DNA of 64,000 nt from a bacterium (GTDB lineage: Bacteria; Patescibacteriota; Minisyncoccia; Phycocordibacterales; UBA9973), in contig JAKBMK010000025.1 in assembly GCA_021831595.1 (NCBI GenBank), forward strand, positions 63,114-127,113. Direction: 5' to 3'. The notes under the pieces are model-generated. The model was not told where the DNA came from. It searched no databases and saw only the letters and a list, made by a program, of their open reading frames with translations. Positions within the stretch are counted from its first letter, which is position 1; the number at the start of each line of letters is the position of its first letter. Shown here one piece after another: positions 9,075-19,174 of this stretch. Made by a program: the position numbers and the translations under genes.

Positions 9075-9980
9075 ATGGCAAATAGGCACCTTTCACGTTC
9101 AATTGTTCTTCAGACACTCTTTGAGTGGGATTTTGGAGTAGAAAAAGACACTAAGTCTGAAGACATGTTAGCTCGAAATATAGAAGAATTTGGACCAGGT
9201 CTTGATGACTCGCATTTTATGAGCGAGTTATTTTTAGGTGTTACAAAGAAGAAAGCGATTATCGATGAGATTATAGAGAAAGCTGCACCAGATTGGCCTA
9301 TCGATAAGATTTCTGCTATTGATAGAAATATTCTTCGTCTAGGATTGTACGAACTTCTTTTTGGAGATAGAGAGCAGGTGCCTCCTAAGGTTGCTATCAA
9401 TGAAGCTATAGAACTCGCCAAAAGTTTCGGCGGAGAGAATTCTAGCCGTTTTATAAACGGAGTACTCGGTGGTGTCTATAAAGAAATAGGTGAACCAGGC
9501 AAAGACGATGTAAGTTCTCATAAAAAGCATAAACATTTTGAAACAGATCCATCCAAGTTTCCAATAGAAAAGAAAGCCGGAGCCGTCGTATATGCAAAAC
9601 ATGACGGTGATATATATTTTGCTTTTGTTCATGATGTTTTTGGTTATTGGACCCTCTCAAAAGGTAGTATAGAAGATGGAGAAAATGAAGAGCAAGGCGC
9701 AGTACGTGAAATAAAAGAAGAAATGGGGGTTGATATAAAAATCAAAGAACTTCTTGGGCGTAGTGAATACATAGCAACGCACCCAGAGAATGGAAAGATC
9801 CGCAAGCAAGTAGTATTCTTCTTGGGAGAGACACAATATGGAGATTTGGTACTTGAAAAGGGTAGTGGTGGTCTTGATGACGCAAAGTGGTTTAAGATGG
9901 AAGAAGTTGCAGGACTCAAAATGTACGATAATATGGTGCCACTTCTCACAAAAGCTGTAGAAATTTTAACAAAAGAATAG
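9075..9980 (+). CDS. nusB: NusB antitermination factor fused to a C-terminal NUDIX domain
   Basis: DRNILRLG..E, VAINEAIELAKSFG, FINGVLG, then GSIEDGENEEQGAVREIKEEMG Nudix box. Confidence 0.9.
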   Translation: MANRHLSRSIVLQTLFEWDFGVEKDTKSEDMLARNIEEFGPGLDDSHFMSELFLGVTKKKAIIDEIIEKAAPDWPIDKISAIDRNILRLGLYELLFGDREQVPPKVAINEAIELAKSFGGENSSRFINGVLGGVYKEIGEPGKDDVSSHKKHKHFETDPSKFPIEKKAGAVVYAKHDGDIYFAFVHDVFGYWTLSKGSIEDGENEEQGAVREIKEEMGVDIKIKELLGRSEYIATHPENGKIRKQVVFFLGETQYGDLVLEKGSGGLDDAKWFKMEEVAGLKMYDNMVPLLTKAVEILTKE

Positions 9981-10000
9981 TATAAGTTCTCACAAATTTT

Positions 10001-10696
10001 ATGATTGATTTTTCCTTATTTGAAAAAAAGACAAATATAGTTTTCAAAGATAAGAAGCTCTTAGAACAAGCTTTTATTCATCGTTCATATATAAATGAAA
10101 GTAGTGGCACCAAATTATCCCATAATGAGCGCTTAGAATTTTTGGGTGATGCAGTTTTAGAGCTCGTTGTTACGGATCATTTATATGGCAAATACCCTGA
10201 TCGTGACGAAGGTGAATTGACGGCCTATAGATCTGCTCTTGTGAACGCTGTGATTATCGGTGAAGTAGCTCTTGCTCTCGGAATGAATGATTATCTATTG
10301 TTATCGAAAGGTGAAGCAAAAGATATAGGCAAAGCTCGCAGCTATATATTGGCAAATACTTACGAAGCTTATGTAGGAGCAGTTTATTTAGACCAAGGAT
10401 ATAATGTTGCTCGTGATTTTATAGCAGAGTCTCTCTTTGGAAAGATAGATGGTATTGTAAAGCAAAAATTGTGGAGAGATGCAAAAAGTTTGGTTCAAGA
10501 AAAATCTCAAGAATATATAAATATTACACCCTCGTATAAGGTTATCAATGAAGCAGGTCCTGATCACGACAAGAATTTCACAGTTGGAATATTCTTTGGG
10601 GGAGACTTGATAGCAGAAGGTAAGGGTCACAGTAAGCAAGAAGCCGAACAATCTGCTGCGCGAAAAGCATTAGAAGTTAAAGAGTGGCTTGATTAA
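10001..10696 (+). CDS. rnc: ribonuclease III
   Basis: NERLEFLGDAVL signature and C-terminal dsRBD. Confidence 0.97.
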   Translation: MIDFSLFEKKTNIVFKDKKLLEQAFIHRSYINESSGTKLSHNERLEFLGDAVLELVVTDHLYGKYPDRDEGELTAYRSALVNAVIIGEVALALGMNDYLLLSKGEAKDIGKARSYILANTYEAYVGAVYLDQGYNVARDFIAESLFGKIDGIVKQKLWRDAKSLVQEKSQEYINITPSYKVINEAGPDHDKNFTVGIFFGGDLIAEGKGHSKQEAEQSAARKALEVKEWLD

Positions 10697-12976
10697 ATGA
10701 CACTTAAATCTATAGAACTTATTGGTTTTAAATCATTTGGGAAGAAGAGCCCTCTAACTTTTTCAACACCTATAACTTGTATTGTGGGTCCAAACGGATC
10801 TGGAAAATCAAACATTGTAGAAGCTATTCGCTTCGTACTTGGAGAACAGTCTATGAAATCTCTTCGCGGAAAAGGTGGAGTGGATTTAATATTCAAAGGT
10901 TCAAAAAGTTTAGCGACTTCTAATAGAGCCGGAGTAATTATAACTTTTGATAATAGTAATAAAATATTTTCTTTTACCAATAGTGGTGTAGGAGTATCTC
11001 TCGACTATGATGAAGTTTCTATTGGACGTGAAGTATTTTCTGATGGGGCAAATCGTTATAGTATCAATGGGACAGAAGTTAGATTGAAGGATGTTATAGA
11101 TCTGCTTGCTTCGGTTAACATTGGTAGCTCGGGCCATCACATAATTTCCCAAGGGGAAGCTGATCGAGTTCTTAATGCTTCGAATAAAGACCGTCGAGGT
11201 ATGATTGAAGATGCTTTAGGACTTAAGATATATCAATACAGAATAAAAGAGTCTGAGAGAAAATTAGAGAAAACAATATTGAACATGAAAGAAGTTCAGG
11301 CTCTTCGTCGTGAAATAGCTCCACATCTATCATTCCTTAAGAAACAGGTTGAGAAGGTAGAGAAAGCTCGAGCAATGCGAGAGGACTTGAGAGATTTGTA
11401 CAAAACATATTTTAGTGGAGAGGCTACTTATATAGAGAAAGAGACTAGCCGCATTGGTGAATTAAGAGGGGAACTAGATAAAAAAGCTTTGTATTTGGAT
11501 GATAAGATAAAAGAATCAGAAAGTTTGAAAAATATAGATTATACAGAAAGTGAAAACGTAAAACAGATTAGAGAAAAAGAGAGTGAGATACATGAACTTC
11601 GTAGCAAGAAGGATAGCCTCGCTCGTTCCCTAGGACGTATCGAAGGTATAATCGAAGGGATTGAGAGGCAATATGCAAAAATTCCAGAAGTTAAAGAAAA
11701 AATAATAAAAGAATCAGAATGGAAGTCTCTTGTAGAAGACTTGGAATCTAAAATTAATGAAGCTATTAATTTTGAAGACTTACAAAGTGTCAAAAATATT
11801 TTGATAAACATCAAGGAAAAGCTTGGATCTTTTCTTCATAGCGGAACGGAGAGTGAATTTGAAAAGCCAAAGCTAGAAGATAATACAGAATATCTAGAGA
11901 TGGGAAAGGAAAAAGATAATATAATTTTAGAAATAAATAAAGTAAAATCTCAAGAAGAAGAGGTTCAAAATGCAATAAATATTTTGAAAGAAAAAGAAAA
12001 GGAAGGGGAATCATTATTGCGTGATAATGAACGTATGCACTATGAACTCTTGAGGGAGAGGAATGATGTCACTTCCTCTATACATACTCTTACTTTCCAA
12101 GAAGAAAAGTTAATGGCAATTAAGACAGCTTTTGAAATGGAACTTGCAGAAGGAGCAGTTCTAATAGGTAGAGATGTTGTAGCTTTTGCTCAAATTAGAG
12201 TAGAGGAAGAAGTTATCAGAAGTACCCAAGAAGAAATTCGTAGAAAAATTGAGCGCATAAAGATTAAATTAGAAGATGCCGGAGCATCAAATTCTTCTGA
12301 GATAATGAAAGAATATGATGACACAATGGAACGCGATGTTTTCCTTGGAAGAGAACTGGAAGATCTAAATAAGAGTATTGATTCACTTCGAATCCTTATA
12401 CAAGAGTTGAAAGAAACTTTAGATAAAGAATTTAAGAGTGGAGTTGAAAAAATAAACAAACAATTCCAGGAATTTTTTGCTTTGATGTTTGGTGGAGGTG
12501 GTGCTTTCCTTACTATTACTATGGAACACAAGAAGCCAAAAAAGAATGACGAGAAGGTAGGAGAAGAAGATATGGATGAAGAAGATGAGGAAGACGAAGA
12601 TAATAGCGAGCTTGGGTTTGAACGCGGAATTGAAATCAACGTCAATCTTCCTCAGAAGAAGGTGAAAGATTTGCATATGCTATCCGGAGGGGAGAGGTCA
12701 CTCACTTCTATTGCTCTTCTCTTTGCTGTCTCACAAGTAAATCCTCCTCCATTCCTAGTTCTCGATGAGACAGATGCCGCACTCGACGAAGCGAACTCTC
12801 GTAAATACGGTAATATGCTCGAGAATCTATCAAAATATTCACAACTTATCGTTGTCACGCACAATCGCGAGACAATGTCTCGAGCCCAAGTGCTTTATGG
12901 AGTCACAATGAGTGCCGAAGGGGCTTCTAAGCTTCTCTCCATACGTCTCGAAGACGCTACTTCTTACGCCAAATAA
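10697..12976 (+). CDS. smc: SMC-family chromosome segregation ATPase, shortened (759 aa)
   Basis: GFKSF, GPNGSGKSN Walker A, LSGGE signature, LVLDE Walker B, coiled coils; located after rnc. Confidence 0.88.
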   Translation: MTLKSIELIGFKSFGKKSPLTFSTPITCIVGPNGSGKSNIVEAIRFVLGEQSMKSLRGKGGVDLIFKGSKSLATSNRAGVIITFDNSNKIFSFTNSGVGVSLDYDEVSIGREVFSDGANRYSINGTEVRLKDVIDLLASVNIGSSGHHIISQGEADRVLNASNKDRRGMIEDALGLKIYQYRIKESERKLEKTILNMKEVQALRREIAPHLSFLKKQVEKVEKARAMREDLRDLYKTYFSGEATYIEKETSRIGELRGELDKKALYLDDKIKESESLKNIDYTESENVKQIREKESEIHELRSKKDSLARSLGRIEGIIEGIERQYAKIPEVKEKIIKESEWKSLVEDLESKINEAINFEDLQSVKNILINIKEKLGSFLHSGTESEFEKPKLEDNTEYLEMGKEKDNIILEINKVKSQEEEVQNAINILKEKEKEGESLLRDNERMHYELLRERNDVTSSIHTLTFQEEKLMAIKTAFEMELAEGAVLIGRDVVAFAQIRVEEEVIRSTQEEIRRKIERIKIKLEDAGASNSSEIMKEYDDTMERDVFLGRELEDLNKSIDSLRILIQELKETLDKEFKSGVEKINKQFQEFFALMFGGGGAFLTITMEHKKPKKNDEKVGEEDMDEEDEEDEDNSELGFERGIEINVNLPQKKVKDLHMLSGGERSLTSIALLFAVSQVNPPPFLVLDETDAALDEANSRKYGNMLENLSKYSQLIVVTHNRETMSRAQVLYGVTMSAEGASKLLSIRLEDATSYAK

Positions 12977-12978
12977 CC

Positions 12979-13001
12979 AGATAGGGGTTCAACCCCTATC
13001 T
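12979..13001. repeat. REP-like palindrome, copy 1
   Basis: AGATAGGGGTT-C-AACCCCTATCT; related to the copy at 17358. Confidence 0.6.
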
Positions 13002-13125
13002 AGAAAATTTTTATAATAGAAAGGTTATTTTTATTGACTTTTATGTATTTTTATGATATAATATGGCAAATTTAGATGCAAAATAAAAAAATTAAATCTA
13101 TAAAATAAATTTTAAATTGGCAGTC

Positions 13126-13590
13126 ATGAAAAAAATTATTTTGTTATTTGTTTTTATGGTTTTTTCTTTAACCTTCACTCGCGCACAACATGGTTATTAT
13201 AAATTTGACCAGAGAGCTACTTATGTCAGTGGCTTTGATGGCAAAAAACCACTGAAGAAGGATACAATGGTAGAAGTTACAGAAGTGTTCTCGAATGGTA
13301 TAAGAACTATTTCTGAACCATATCAGGCTTATAAAGGTGAGACTGAAAAAACTTTTTTGAAAAGAATTCATACAAAAGATTCTCTTGCTATAAGCAAAAA
13401 ACTTTCTGTTATGGATTCTCTTATAAAAGAAGTTTATGAGGAGGATCGCCTGGCTAAAAAAGTCAAAGAAAAAAAGGCCTTGGAGGGTACAGAAAATGTA
13501 TTGGTAGGTGCGGCTATAGTTTTCCTACTAATGTTCATTTTTGCATTAGCAGAAATTGTTCATCGTTTGATGAACCGTGGAAAGAAATAG
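13126..13590 (+). CDS. hypothetical protein with signal peptide and C-terminal membrane anchor
   Basis: MKKIILLFVFMVFSL N-terminus, hydrophobic C-terminal helix followed by a basic tail. Confidence 0.6.
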   Translation: MKKIILLFVFMVFSLTFTRAQHGYYKFDQRATYVSGFDGKKPLKKDTMVEVTEVFSNGIRTISEPYQAYKGETEKTFLKRIHTKDSLAISKKLSVMDSLIKEVYEEDRLAKKVKEKKALEGTENVLVGAAIVFLLMFIFALAEIVHRLMNRGKK

Positions 13591-13625
13591 AAAAAGCCCG
13601 TGGAATAATCCGCGGGCCTCTTTTT
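13591..13625. terminator. bidirectional terminator
   Basis: GCCCGTGGA...TCCGCGGGC between convergent genes with A/T tracts. Confidence 0.65.
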
Positions 13626-14505
13626 ATTCTGCTAAGAATTCAGTTATTGTTTGATTGTTTTTTAAAATTTGTTTTGCATTATCTATCCCTACATATCGAT
13701 AATGCCAAGGTTCATATATGTAGCCTGTGATATCTGTTTTATCTTTAGGATAACTCTCTATAAAACCATAATCACTAGCATGTTCCTCGAGCCATTTGGC
13801 TTCCTCTGTGTAGTTGAAAGCTCTGTCAGCACTTGAAAAGTTTATAGACTCGCCAGATAGATCAACCGCCGTACCGAGCTGGTGCTCTGAGTACCCAGGT
13901 TTTGCAATTGATAAATTTGCATCCGAATTTCCATTATCTGTTGCTGTTTGTAGAAGACCTGTCTGATAATCAAAGGTTCTAAAGGCAGAAGTAACTTTTA
14001 TTATATGCCCATCTATCTTTGCTTGCGAGAGCATTGCCTCGAGGTTTTCTAGTGTATCATGAGTAAGACAAATATTAGTTCGAGCACTATAAATATTTGG
14101 TATTTTTTCTAAGCCTTTTGGTATATATGTTGTGTCGGGCAAACTTATATTTTGACCCAAGTTAAAGAGCCACATATCATCATACTCTTTTTCTGAAGTA
14201 AGACAGGAAAATGGAATGACTTTTTTCTTTGGAGGATCTTCGTCTTTCTTTTCTGCTAAAGGAGTAATATCTTTTGTATTTTGGTCTTCTTGAATTATGT
14301 TTAAGTTCTGAGGATTTTGTTCTATGGGCCTGCTTGGCTCAAAACTTATTATTTTACCCTCTTCAGGATATACAACTTCCACCACAGAGGCTTTCCCCTG
14401 AGTTGAATTTAATTTTGAAAACTTTCTATCAAGAAGAGAACCACTGAACAACAAAGCAGTTGAAATTAAAATTACAGCAAATATGTAGAATTTTTTGGAA
14501 GGCAT
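13624..14505 (-). CDS. M15B D-Ala-D-Ala carboxypeptidase (VanY/LdcB-like)
   Basis: SAFRT, PGYSEHQLGTAVD, YEPWHYRYVG; N-terminal TM helix. Confidence 0.9.
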   Translation of the reverse strand: MPSKKFYIFAVILISTALLFSGSLLDRKFSKLNSTQGKASVVEVVYPEEGKIISFEPSRPIEQNPQNLNIIQEDQNTKDITPLAEKKDEDPPKKKVIPFSCLTSEKEYDDMWLFNLGQNISLPDTTYIPKGLEKIPNIYSARTNICLTHDTLENLEAMLSQAKIDGHIIKVTSAFRTFDYQTGLLQTATDNGNSDANLSIAKPGYSEHQLGTAVDLSGESINFSSADRAFNYTEEAKWLEEHASDYGFIESYPKDKTDITGYIYEPWHYRYVGIDNAKQILKNNQTITEFLAE

Positions 14506-14506
14506 A

Positions 14507-15325
14507 TTATTCTATAATATCTTTTGGATCAATGAAGGTATAACCTTTTTCTTCTATAGCAGTTAGTAGTCCATCTAGATTAGCGACAGACCAAGGGTGT
14601 TCGTGTATGAGTAAGATAGATCCAGAATGTAGATTTAGAATTGCATTATTTATAAAAACGTCTTTTTCTATAGTAGATTTCTCCCAATCTTTAGCGGCAC
14701 CAGACCAATCCATAAAAATCATTCCATCTTCTTTGACTAGTTTTCTCACATAAGGATTACTTTCTCCATAAGGAGCTCGGAAAAATAATGGGGGAGTTTT
14801 TGTGAGATTTTTTATTAATTCTGTGTTTCTGTTTATTTCTTTTTCTATTGTAACTACATCCTTTTGTTTTTTAAGATCTATGTGACTCCAAGTATGGTTA
14901 CCAATCGCAAAACCTTCTTTGTATGTTTCTTCTATGACTCCTTTGTTGTGTTTTTCATTTATACCATTTATAAAAAATATCGCCTTGGCATTATGTTTGT
15001 TTAATATATCCAATATTTCTTTTGTTCTTTTGCTAGGACCATCATCGATGGTAAGTAATACAGCCTTTTGTTGATTCTTTGCGTCTATAGGAGTGACTAG
15101 GTCTCTATTTATAATTTTATATTTTGTAGAAATAGAACTATTGCTGTTTATAAAATTATCTTGTGGAGCCACTATTACACTGTCTTTTATGACAAATTCT
15201 TTATCTTCAACTATCAAAGGGACACCATTTAGTTTAGGTGCTTCTGTCTTCCTATAGAGAAAAACATAAGTGATTACTGTCATAATCAAGAATATTAATA
15301 TGGCCAACAGCTTTTTATTCTTCAT
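14507..15325 (-). CDS. polysaccharide/peptidoglycan deacetylase (CE4, NodB domain)
   Basis: LTIDDGP, GNHTWSH, FRAPYG, GSILLIHE. Confidence 0.9.
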   Translation of the reverse strand: MKNKKLLAILIFLIMTVITYVFLYRKTEAPKLNGVPLIVEDKEFVIKDSVIVAPQDNFINSNSSISTKYKIINRDLVTPIDAKNQQKAVLLTIDDGPSKRTKEILDILNKHNAKAIFFINGINEKHNKGVIEETYKEGFAIGNHTWSHIDLKKQKDVVTIEKEINRNTELIKNLTKTPPLFFRAPYGESNPYVRKLVKEDGMIFMDWSGAAKDWEKSTIEKDVFINNAILNLHSGSILLIHEHPWSVANLDGLLTAIEEKGYTFIDPKDIIE

Positions 15326-15334
15326 AAATAGAAT

Positions 15335-17323
15335 TTATATTATTTCGTAATCGATAGTTTTCTTGTTCATATCGGCTCCTTTTACTTTGAATTTCACCTT
15401 ATCTCCTAGGGTATACTTCTTGTGCGTCTTCTGGCCTTTTATACTCATAAATTTTTTATCAAATACATAATAATCATTTTTCATATCACGCATTCTGACC
15501 ATTCCTTCACATTTAGTTACTTTATCTTCTATATACAAACCCCATTCAGTAACTCCTGTAATTATACCCTCATAATTCTGGCCGACTCTTTTCGACATGT
15601 ATTCTACCTGTTTGTATTTGATTGAAGCTCTTTCTGCTTCGGCTGCTTCCTTTTCTTGGTTTGAAGCTTCTATACTCATATGTTCATATTCAAACCATTT
15701 TTCTTTAGGTATTGCTTTATCGGCAAGGAATTCTTTGAGGAGTCTATGAACTATAACATCAGGATATCTTCTGATTGGTGAAGTAAAATGTGTATAGAAT
15801 TTAAATCCAAGACCGTAATGGCCTATATTCTTTGTGGAGTAAATAGCCTTGGCCATTGTGCGAATTATTGCGGTATGGACTGTATCACGAAGGGGATTAT
15901 GCTCGAGCTTGCCGATAAGATCATTGATTTCCTCTGATGGTATGATACCGTCTTTAAGCTTCAAATGATATCCAAGTTTTTTTAAAAAGCTGGCTAAGTC
16001 ACTCATTTTATCTTTATTTGGAAGATCGTGAATTCTATACAAGAAGACTCCCTGGATTCCTTTCTTTTTACTGGACATGAATTCTGCGACGCGACGATTG
16101 GCAAGAAGCATGAATTCCTCTACAAGTTTATTCGTATCTCCACGAGTTTTAGTGTAAACAGAGACAGGGACACCCTTGTCATCTAATTTAAATTTTACTT
16201 CATCTTGTTCAAGGATTATAGCTCCTTCATCAAATCTTTTCTTCATTAACTTTTTGGCTATTAAATTCAAAGTATGAAGTTCTTGGTAGAAAGTGCCCTT
16301 TTTGTTATCTAAAATTTCTTGGGCATTTTCATAAGTAAATCTTTTGTTGGAGTTTATAACAGTTTCTCCGAACCACTCTTTGTGTATTTTGCCATCATGA
16401 TCAAGTTCAAATATGGCAGAAAAGGTAAGTCTATCAACTCCTTCATTTAGGCTACAAAGTCCATTGGAAAGTTCTTCTGGAAGCATTGGTATAGTACGGT
16501 CTACAAGGTAGACGGAAGTACCTCTACTTTGGGCTTCATCGTCGAGAGCTGTATGGAGTTTTACATAATGAGAGACATCTGCAATATGTACACCAATTTC
16601 AAAATGACCATTTGGAAGTTTTACAAACGATATAGCATCATCGAAGTCTTTTGCATCTATTGGGTCAATAGTGAAAGTTGTAACACTTCTCATATCTCGA
16701 CGGTTTTTCAAATCAGATTCTATAATTCCTATTTTTGCAATTTCTTTAGCTTCATTCTCTACGAGGGTAGGGAATAGAGCTGAGAATCCTTTTTCCAAAG
16801 CGATAGCTTCCATTTCAGCATTGTGTTCCATTGGTTGACCCAAAACTCTCTCTACTTTACCTATTGGTGCTTTCTTGGCATCTTTCCAGTCTGTGATAAC
16901 CACAAATATCTTTTGTCCGATTTTTGCTCCATTTAATTTATTCTCTGGTATCACGATATCGGCGTACATGCGGAGATCGCTAGGGATGAGGAAGTATGTA
17001 TCATTTTCTTTTTCTAAGATTCCGGCATATCCTTTTTTCGAACGGCGAAGAATTTCTACAACTTCACCAGTTTGTACTCCTCCTGATCTTTTAGGATGAA
17101 GAACAATCTTAACAGTGTCACCGTGGCAGGCAGTACGAAGGAAGCTATGGTCTATCTCTATTGGGTCATCTTGACCTTTGGTTCGGACACTACCAAAACC
17201 TTTATGAGATATGGTAATAATCCCTTCAATGAACCTATTTTGTTCTTTGCTCTTATGTTTTTGACCCCTATTATGAAAATGCCTTTTCTTACTATTCTGT
17301 TGGTATTTCTTCTTATTTTTCAC
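15335..17323 (-). CDS. rnr: ribonuclease R
   Basis: TIDPIDAKDFDDA, HIADVSHYV, HFTSPIRRYPD, C-terminal S1 domain; GTG start 6 nt after a TGnTATACT box. Confidence 0.95.
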   Translation of the reverse strand: MKNKKKYQQNSKKRHFHNRGQKHKSKEQNRFIEGIITISHKGFGSVRTKGQDDPIEIDHSFLRTACHGDTVKIVLHPKRSGGVQTGEVVEILRRSKKGYAGILEKENDTYFLIPSDLRMYADIVIPENKLNGAKIGQKIFVVITDWKDAKKAPIGKVERVLGQPMEHNAEMEAIALEKGFSALFPTLVENEAKEIAKIGIIESDLKNRRDMRSVTTFTIDPIDAKDFDDAISFVKLPNGHFEIGVHIADVSHYVKLHTALDDEAQSRGTSVYLVDRTIPMLPEELSNGLCSLNEGVDRLTFSAIFELDHDGKIHKEWFGETVINSNKRFTYENAQEILDNKKGTFYQELHTLNLIAKKLMKKRFDEGAIILEQDEVKFKLDDKGVPVSVYTKTRGDTNKLVEEFMLLANRRVAEFMSSKKKGIQGVFLYRIHDLPNKDKMSDLASFLKKLGYHLKLKDGIIPSEEINDLIGKLEHNPLRDTVHTAIIRTMAKAIYSTKNIGHYGLGFKFYTHFTSPIRRYPDVIVHRLLKEFLADKAIPKEKWFEYEHMSIEASNQEKEAAEAERASIKYKQVEYMSKRVGQNYEGIITGVTEWGLYIEDKVTKCEGMVRMRDMKNDYYVFDKKFMSIKGQKTHKKYTLGDKVKFKVKGADMNKKTIDYEII

Positions 17324-17357
17324 AATGTCAGTATAGCACAAATACATAAATAGTCTT

Positions 17358-17384
17358 CTAGATAGAGGTTAAGCCTCTATCTAG
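17358..17384. repeat. REP-like palindrome, copy 2 (divergent rnr/rpsP region)
   Basis: CTAGATAGAGG-TTAAG-CCTCTATCTAG. Confidence 0.6.
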
Positions 17385-17431
17385 TGATTCTATTGATTAA
17401 TAAACATATATATGTTAGTATGCTTTTACAT

Positions 17432-17737
17432 ATGTTAAAGATAAGATTACAAAGAATAGGGCGCAAGAATGATCCAGCTTTTCGCGTACTTTTGACAGAT
17501 TCTAAAAACTCTGCAAAAAGTGGAAAGTTCAAGGAAATTCTAGGCTCATATAATTTAAAGAAAGGAGAAGTTTTATTCAAAGCTGATCGCATTAAATACT
17601 GGATGAGTAATGGAGCACAAGCTTCAGATACAGTTCATAACTTTTTGGTTAGTCAGAAATTGATAGAAGGAAAGAAGAAGAATGTATTATCAAAGAAGTC
17701 TAAGACTGTAGCTCGTAAAGAACTTAAAAAAGCGTAA
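17432..17737 (+). CDS. rpsP: 30S ribosomal protein S16
   Basis: MLKIRLQRIGRKN, LGSYN, GAQASDTV. Confidence 0.95.
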   Translation: MLKIRLQRIGRKNDPAFRVLLTDSKNSAKSGKFKEILGSYNLKKGEVLFKADRIKYWMSNGAQASDTVHNFLVSQKLIEGKKKNVLSKKSKTVARKELKKA

Positions 17738-17740
17738 ATA

Positions 17741-17775
17741 AAAATGCCCCGCAGGCTTCGCCTGCGGGGCATTTT
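17741..17775 (+). terminator. terminator after rpsP
   Basis: AAAATGCCCCGCAGG-CTTCG-CCTGCGGGGCATTTT. Confidence 0.75.
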
Positions 17776-17869
17776 CCTTGTTGCACTTAAAAAGCAAAAT
17801 ATGATATATTATAAGGAATAGTGTAGTCGGTACACTAGAATATTAAGATTAATTACTAAATACTATTAT

Positions 17870-18229
17870 ATGGCAGACGACAAAGCATTTCTAGAATATA
17901 TTGTTAAGGCATTGGTTGATAATCCAAACGATGTGAAGATTGATAGAACTGTAGACGAAATGGGCGTTCTTATTACAATGACAGTAAACAGTGCAGATAT
18001 GGGTAAAATAATTGGCCGTCAAGGCAACACAGCTAAAGCTATCCGTACACTACTACGCGTTATTGGTATGAAGAATAATGCTCGCGTAAATCTAAAGATC
18101 AATGAACCAGAAGGTGGCAGAATTATGCCTGAACATACAGAAAGAGCAGAAGCTCCTGTTTCAACAATGTCAGCAAGTGAAGCATCAAAGTCAGTAGATG
18201 CAGCACTCGAGGACCTTAAAGGTATCTAA
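17870..18229 (+). CDS. khpA: KH-domain RNA-binding protein KhpA (YlqC)
   Basis: DMGKIIGRQGNTAKAIR GxxG motif; rpsP-khpA-trmD order. Confidence 0.9.
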   Translation: MADDKAFLEYIVKALVDNPNDVKIDRTVDEMGVLITMTVNSADMGKIIGRQGNTAKAIRTLLRVIGMKNNARVNLKINEPEGGRIMPEHTERAEAPVSTMSASEASKSVDAALEDLKGI

Positions 18230-18304
18230 ATAAAACAAACAAAACGACCCCATCTGTTTGGGGTCTTTTTGTTTGTTTTACGGAATTCATGGTATAGTAA
18301 TTTT

Positions 18305-18997
18305 ATGAAATTTCATGTAATTACACTTTTCCCTGAAATGTTCGACTCTTATTTGAAAGAGTCTATTTTGGGTCGCGCCATAAAAGAGAAGAAGATCTCT
18401 GTCTCTTTTGTAAACCCTCGTAAATTTGTGACTGGTAAGTATAGGAAAGTTTGGCCAGATGGAAATGTTTCCGCTCAAGTAGACGAACGTCCTTATGCTG
18501 GGGGTCCTGGAATGGTGATGATGGCTGAGCCGATAATCAGAGCAGTAGAATCTGTATCCAAAAAACTTTCCAAAAGTAAAAAAGCAAAAATTCTCACAAT
18601 AAATTTTGTTCCTTCTGCCGAAAAGTTTACTACTGAAGTTGCCAAGAAGATTTCAAAGAAATATACAGACATAATTTTAATTTGCGGACGTTACGAAGGT
18701 ATCGATGCTAGGGTAGATAAAATTCTTAAAACTACGAAATATTCAGTAGGGGATTATGTGCTGACTGGAGGGGAAATTCCAGCAATGATTTTGATAGATT
18801 CTACATCTCGACAAATCGAAGGGGTCCTTGGCAATTTTGACTCTCGCGAAGAAGAACGAGTCTCTAGTAGCGAAGTCTACACCCGTCCAGAAGTCTTAAT
18901 TCACAACAAAAAGAAGTATAAAGTCCCTGCTGTCCTTCTCTCTGGGGATCATAAGAAAATAGAGGAATGGAAAGAATTGACAAAAAAGGCAAAATAG
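18305..18997 (+). CDS. trmD: tRNA (guanine37-N1)-methyltransferase
   Basis: ITLFPEMF, GGPGMVM, CGRYEGIDAR, GDYVLTGGE. Confidence 0.96.
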   Translation: MKFHVITLFPEMFDSYLKESILGRAIKEKKISVSFVNPRKFVTGKYRKVWPDGNVSAQVDERPYAGGPGMVMMAEPIIRAVESVSKKLSKSKKAKILTINFVPSAEKFTTEVAKKISKKYTDIILICGRYEGIDARVDKILKTTKYSVGDYVLTGGEIPAMILIDSTSRQIEGVLGNFDSREEERVSSSEVYTRPEVLIHNKKKYKVPAVLLSGDHKKIEEWKELTKKAK

Positions 18998-19174
18998 TAT
19001 AGGATAAGGCCCAGATTGAATAGATTGAGTTATGGCAAATCAATCCTCGTTTACTAATGTTTTAGCATAAAAAAGTGTTAAAAAATATCATTGCCAGTAA
19101 TTATAAATAAAAATTAATACCGTGGTTTGGTCACCTCGGGATTTTTCTGTTTTTTAGTGTTTTTATATTTTATT

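Noticed and set aside
13624-14505. Vancomycin resistance (vanY)
   Set aside because: M15B peptidases are housekeeping enzymes; no vanHAX/RS, and Ddl keeps the Tyr (YEAKY) typical of D-Ala-D-Ala ligases
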